Of a DNA stretch of 64,000 bases, positions 61,663-64,000 are shown in pieces (position 1 is the first letter of the stretch; every line of letters begins with the position of its first letter). The translations under genes were made by a program, and so were the position numbers. This DNA comes from Aquificaceae bacterium (lineage in GTDB: Bacteria > Aquificota > Aquificia > Aquificales > Aquificaceae). Location of the stretch: assembly GCA_037925075.1 (NCBI GenBank), contig JAXSNR010000002.1, forward strand, positions 384,001 to 448,000, read 5' to 3'. The notes below the pieces were generated by a model. It saw only the letters and a program-made list of their open reading frames with translations. It ran no database searches and was not told the origin of the DNA.

Positions 61663-62741
61663 CTTAGGTACTCCTCTATAAAGGGGTCTATCTCACCATC
61701 CATCACCGCCGAGACATTGCCCACTTCAAGCCCAGTTCTTAGGTCCTTTACAAGCTGGTAGGGTTGAAAGATGTAAGACCTAATCTGATAGCCCCAGCCT
61801 ATTTCTGTCTTTTCACCTTCAAGGGCTTTTTTCTTCTCCTCAAGCTTTTGAAGTTCAAGCTGGTAAAGTTTTGCCTTTAGAAGCTCAAGGGCTTTTAGCC
61901 TGTTTTGAAGCTGAGACCTTTCCTGCTGACAGGATACCACTATACCAGTGGGTTTGTGCCTGAGCCTTACAGCGGTGTCTGTCTTATTCACATACTGACC
62001 TCCCGCTCCGCTTGCCCTAAAGGTTTCCATCTCAATGTCCTCTTCCCTTATCTCTATGTTTATGGCTTCGTCTATCTGAGGCATAACGTTTACGGACGCA
62101 AAAGAAGTATGTCTTCTTGCGTTGGCATCAAAGGGGGAGATTCTCACAAGCCTATGTACTCCATGCTCACCCTTTAGGTAGCCGTAGGCATACGGACCCT
62201 TTATCAAGATGGTTGCACTCTTTATGCCTGCCACATCGTCGGGGTTTATATCCACCACTTCCACCTCGTAGCCATGCCTTTCCGCCCACCGCCTGTACAT
62301 CCTAAAAAGCATGCTTGCCCAATCGCAAGCCTCCACACCACCCGCACCCGCCTGAACGGTAAGGTATGCGTTTTTGGAGTCCATCTCCTCCGACAGAAAA
62401 GCCCTTATCTCAAGGTCCTTTATAGGCTTTTCTATCTTTTCCAACTCTTCCATAAGCATCTGCAAGGTGTCCAAGTCTTCTTCCGAGGTCATTCCAAGTA
62501 TCTCTTCCACATCCTCCAGAGTTCTTTGGATGTTCTCAAGCTCCTTTATGTTTTCTTCTAACCATCTCCTCCTTTGAGTTAGACTTTTTGCCTTTTCCGC
62601 ATCCTCCCAGAAGTCCGCAAGAGACATGCTTTTGTCTATGCTTTCCAACTCTTCTTTAAGAGCCTGAAGGTTCATGGTGGATTTTATATCCTCAAACTTA
62701 GCCTTTAGCTCCTCAAGCTTTTCTCTTATCTCCGCCATCAT
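61626..62741 (-). CDS. prfB: Peptide chain release factor 2 (continuous ORF)
   Basis: SPF tripeptide (RISPFD), GGQ motif, RRHTSF. Confidence 0.97.
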   Translation of the reverse strand: MMAEIREKLEELKAKFEDIKSTMNLQALKEELESIDKSMSLADFWEDAEKAKSLTQRRRWLEENIKELENIQRTLEDVEEILGMTSEEDLDTLQMLMEELEKIEKPIKDLEIRAFLSEEMDSKNAYLTVQAGAGGVEACDWASMLFRMYRRWAERHGYEVEVVDINPDDVAGIKSATILIKGPYAYGYLKGEHGVHRLVRISPFDANARRHTSFASVNVMPQIDEAINIEIREEDIEMETFRASGAGGQYVNKTDTAVRLRHKPTGIVVSCQQERSQLQNRLKALELLKAKLYQLELQKLEEKKKALEGEKTEIGWGYQIRSYIFQPYQLVKDLRTGLEVGNVSAVMDGEIDPFIEEYLRWRAREKAEATS

Positions 62742-62785
62742 AGGAGTTTAATATAATTCAATTTTAAACCCTGTGGAGGTATAAA

Positions 62786-63142
62786 ATGCGAAAGGTAAAT
62801 GTGGCAATAGCTGGACTTGGAAGGGTTGGAAGCCAGTTTCTTGAAGCCCTTCTTAAAGCAAACTCGGAGACGGTAAAAGTTATCGCAGTTGCGGAGCCAA
62901 GGGAAGACCTGCCAAGCGTGAAGTTGGCAAAGGAAAAGGGAGTGGCGTACTTTAGAGACGCAAGGAATATGTTAGAAGCCCTTGAGGATAGCATTGATGT
63001 GCTTTTTGAACTTACTGGTGATGCGGTAGTAAGAAGTGATCTCTACGATGTGCTTGCAAAGACAGGAAACAATAAAACGGTCATAGTCCCAGAGCCAGTA
63101 GCCTATCTTATATGGAGTTTAATAAAGGAAGGAGAAAAATAA
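62786..63142 (+). CDS. Stand-alone NAD(P)-binding Rossmann domain protein
   Basis: VAIAGLGRVG, IDVLFELTG; only 118 aa. Confidence 0.75.
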   Translation: MRKVNVAIAGLGRVGSQFLEALLKANSETVKVIAVAEPREDLPSVKLAKEKGVAYFRDARNMLEALEDSIDVLFELTGDAVVRSDLYDVLAKTGNNKTVIVPEPVAYLIWSLIKEGEK

Positions 63143-63504
63143 TACCCATCAGAAGTGCGGTAGGCTTTTGGGAAAAAGAGAAAATACGAAGGCATGCACA
63201 AGGTCGTTTTTTAGAACAAAAGCCTTGTATAATATATGTTAAAAAGGTTAGGGGCAAAAAGCCCCTTGACATCTTGGCATTTGAATAGGGCTTTAGCTAT
63301 GCCATAAAGCCATAAAGACATAATTACGGTTTTACGGTAATACGGCGTAGGCTTAAAAGCCTTGTCTCTCAATGGTTTAAATTTGACAATAACATACTCA
63401 ATTTTGCATGACCTGAGGTTTTTGGCAAACTACCTTCATTTGAAAGGGGTGGGGTATTGATAAAAGCTTTGATAGTTCTTATTATTTTTTATGTGCTTGT
63501 GCAG
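63143..63504 (+). promoter_or_regulatory. CRISPR leader with sigma70-like promoter
   Basis: AT-rich non-coding region; TTGATA(63457)-17 bp-TATTAT(63480) ends 19 bp before the first repeat. Confidence 0.7.
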
Positions 63505-63998
63505 GTTTTAAGCCCACTGTGAGGGATGGTGACTAGTCCTCTATTATGCCATCATACGGGGCAAAAATGAACTGTTTTAAGCCCACCGTGAGGGATGGTG
63601 ACCTCAATTAACTCCTGCATTGTTAAGCATTGTTTAGTTTGTTTTAAGCCCACCGTGAGGGATGGTGACGCTTCATGGCTTTAACCTCCTTTAAGGTTTA
63701 TTCTTAGTTTTAAGCCCACCGTGAGGGATGGTGACGCTTCATGGCTTTAACCTCCTTTAAGGTTTATTCTTAGTTTTAAGCCCACCGTGAGGGATGGTGA
63801 CCTCAATTAACTCCTGCATTGTTAAGCATTGTTTAGTTTGTTTTAAGCCCACCGTGAGGGATGGTGACTCACGGTCATTCAAAGGGCAGTGGTTGGAGTT
63901 GTCAGTTTTAAGCCCACCGTGAGGGATGGAGACATAATAAAAGCCAGCCCGCTCCAGTCGTAGTTGTAGTTTTAAGCCCACTGTGAGGGATTGGAAAC
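63505..63998 (+). CRISPR. CRISPR array: 8 repeats and 7 spacers visible, probably continuing beyond the window
   Basis: Repeat GTTTTAAGCCCACCGTGAGGGATGGTGAC (29 bp) starting at 63505, 63574, 63641, 63707, 63773, 63840, 63905 and 63969; spacers 35-40 bp. Confidence 0.98.
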
Positions 63999-64000
63999 GT

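Noticed and set aside
63757..63981. 74-aa minus-strand ORF with repeated IPHGGLK
   Set aside because: Artefact of translating CRISPR repeats

Overview
Compact, gene-dense chromosomal segment of a thermophilic Aquificaceae bacterium (Hydrogenobacter/Thermocrinis-like, inferred from gene content, tRNA sequences and CRISPR repeat types). Most of it is housekeeping: dapL, rnhC, polX, mqnE, metG, nfi, mnmG, speD, coaD, glgP, gmhA, nadK, an ATP-dependent ligase, ppx, hisIE, scpA, accD, bioA, rsmI, gyrB, bpsA, hisG, birA, prfB and four tRNAs. It also carries a sigma54-driven glnB-glnA-amtB-porin-GATase nitrogen cluster, an AT-rich restriction-modification cassette, an AioXSR-like three-component sensor, a group 3b [NiFe]-hydrogenase operon and the start of a CRISPR array. 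The most notable unannotated signals are: (1) a strongly SD-led 25-codon uORF plus hairpin overlapping the speD (AdoMet decarboxylase) start; (2) a solitary CRISPR repeat of a second family sitting at the truncation point of an orphan cas6; (3) an A-B-B-A spacer duplication and an 8-bp-periodic inverted repeat in the CRISPR leader; (4) several decayed accessory genes (K+ channel, MNT-HEPN, DUF4258/DUF2283); (5) a tRNA-Leu/ymdB/tandem-HEPN unit; and (6) a pervasive leaderless-type promoter architecture. All calls are made by eye from the sequence; no searches were run.
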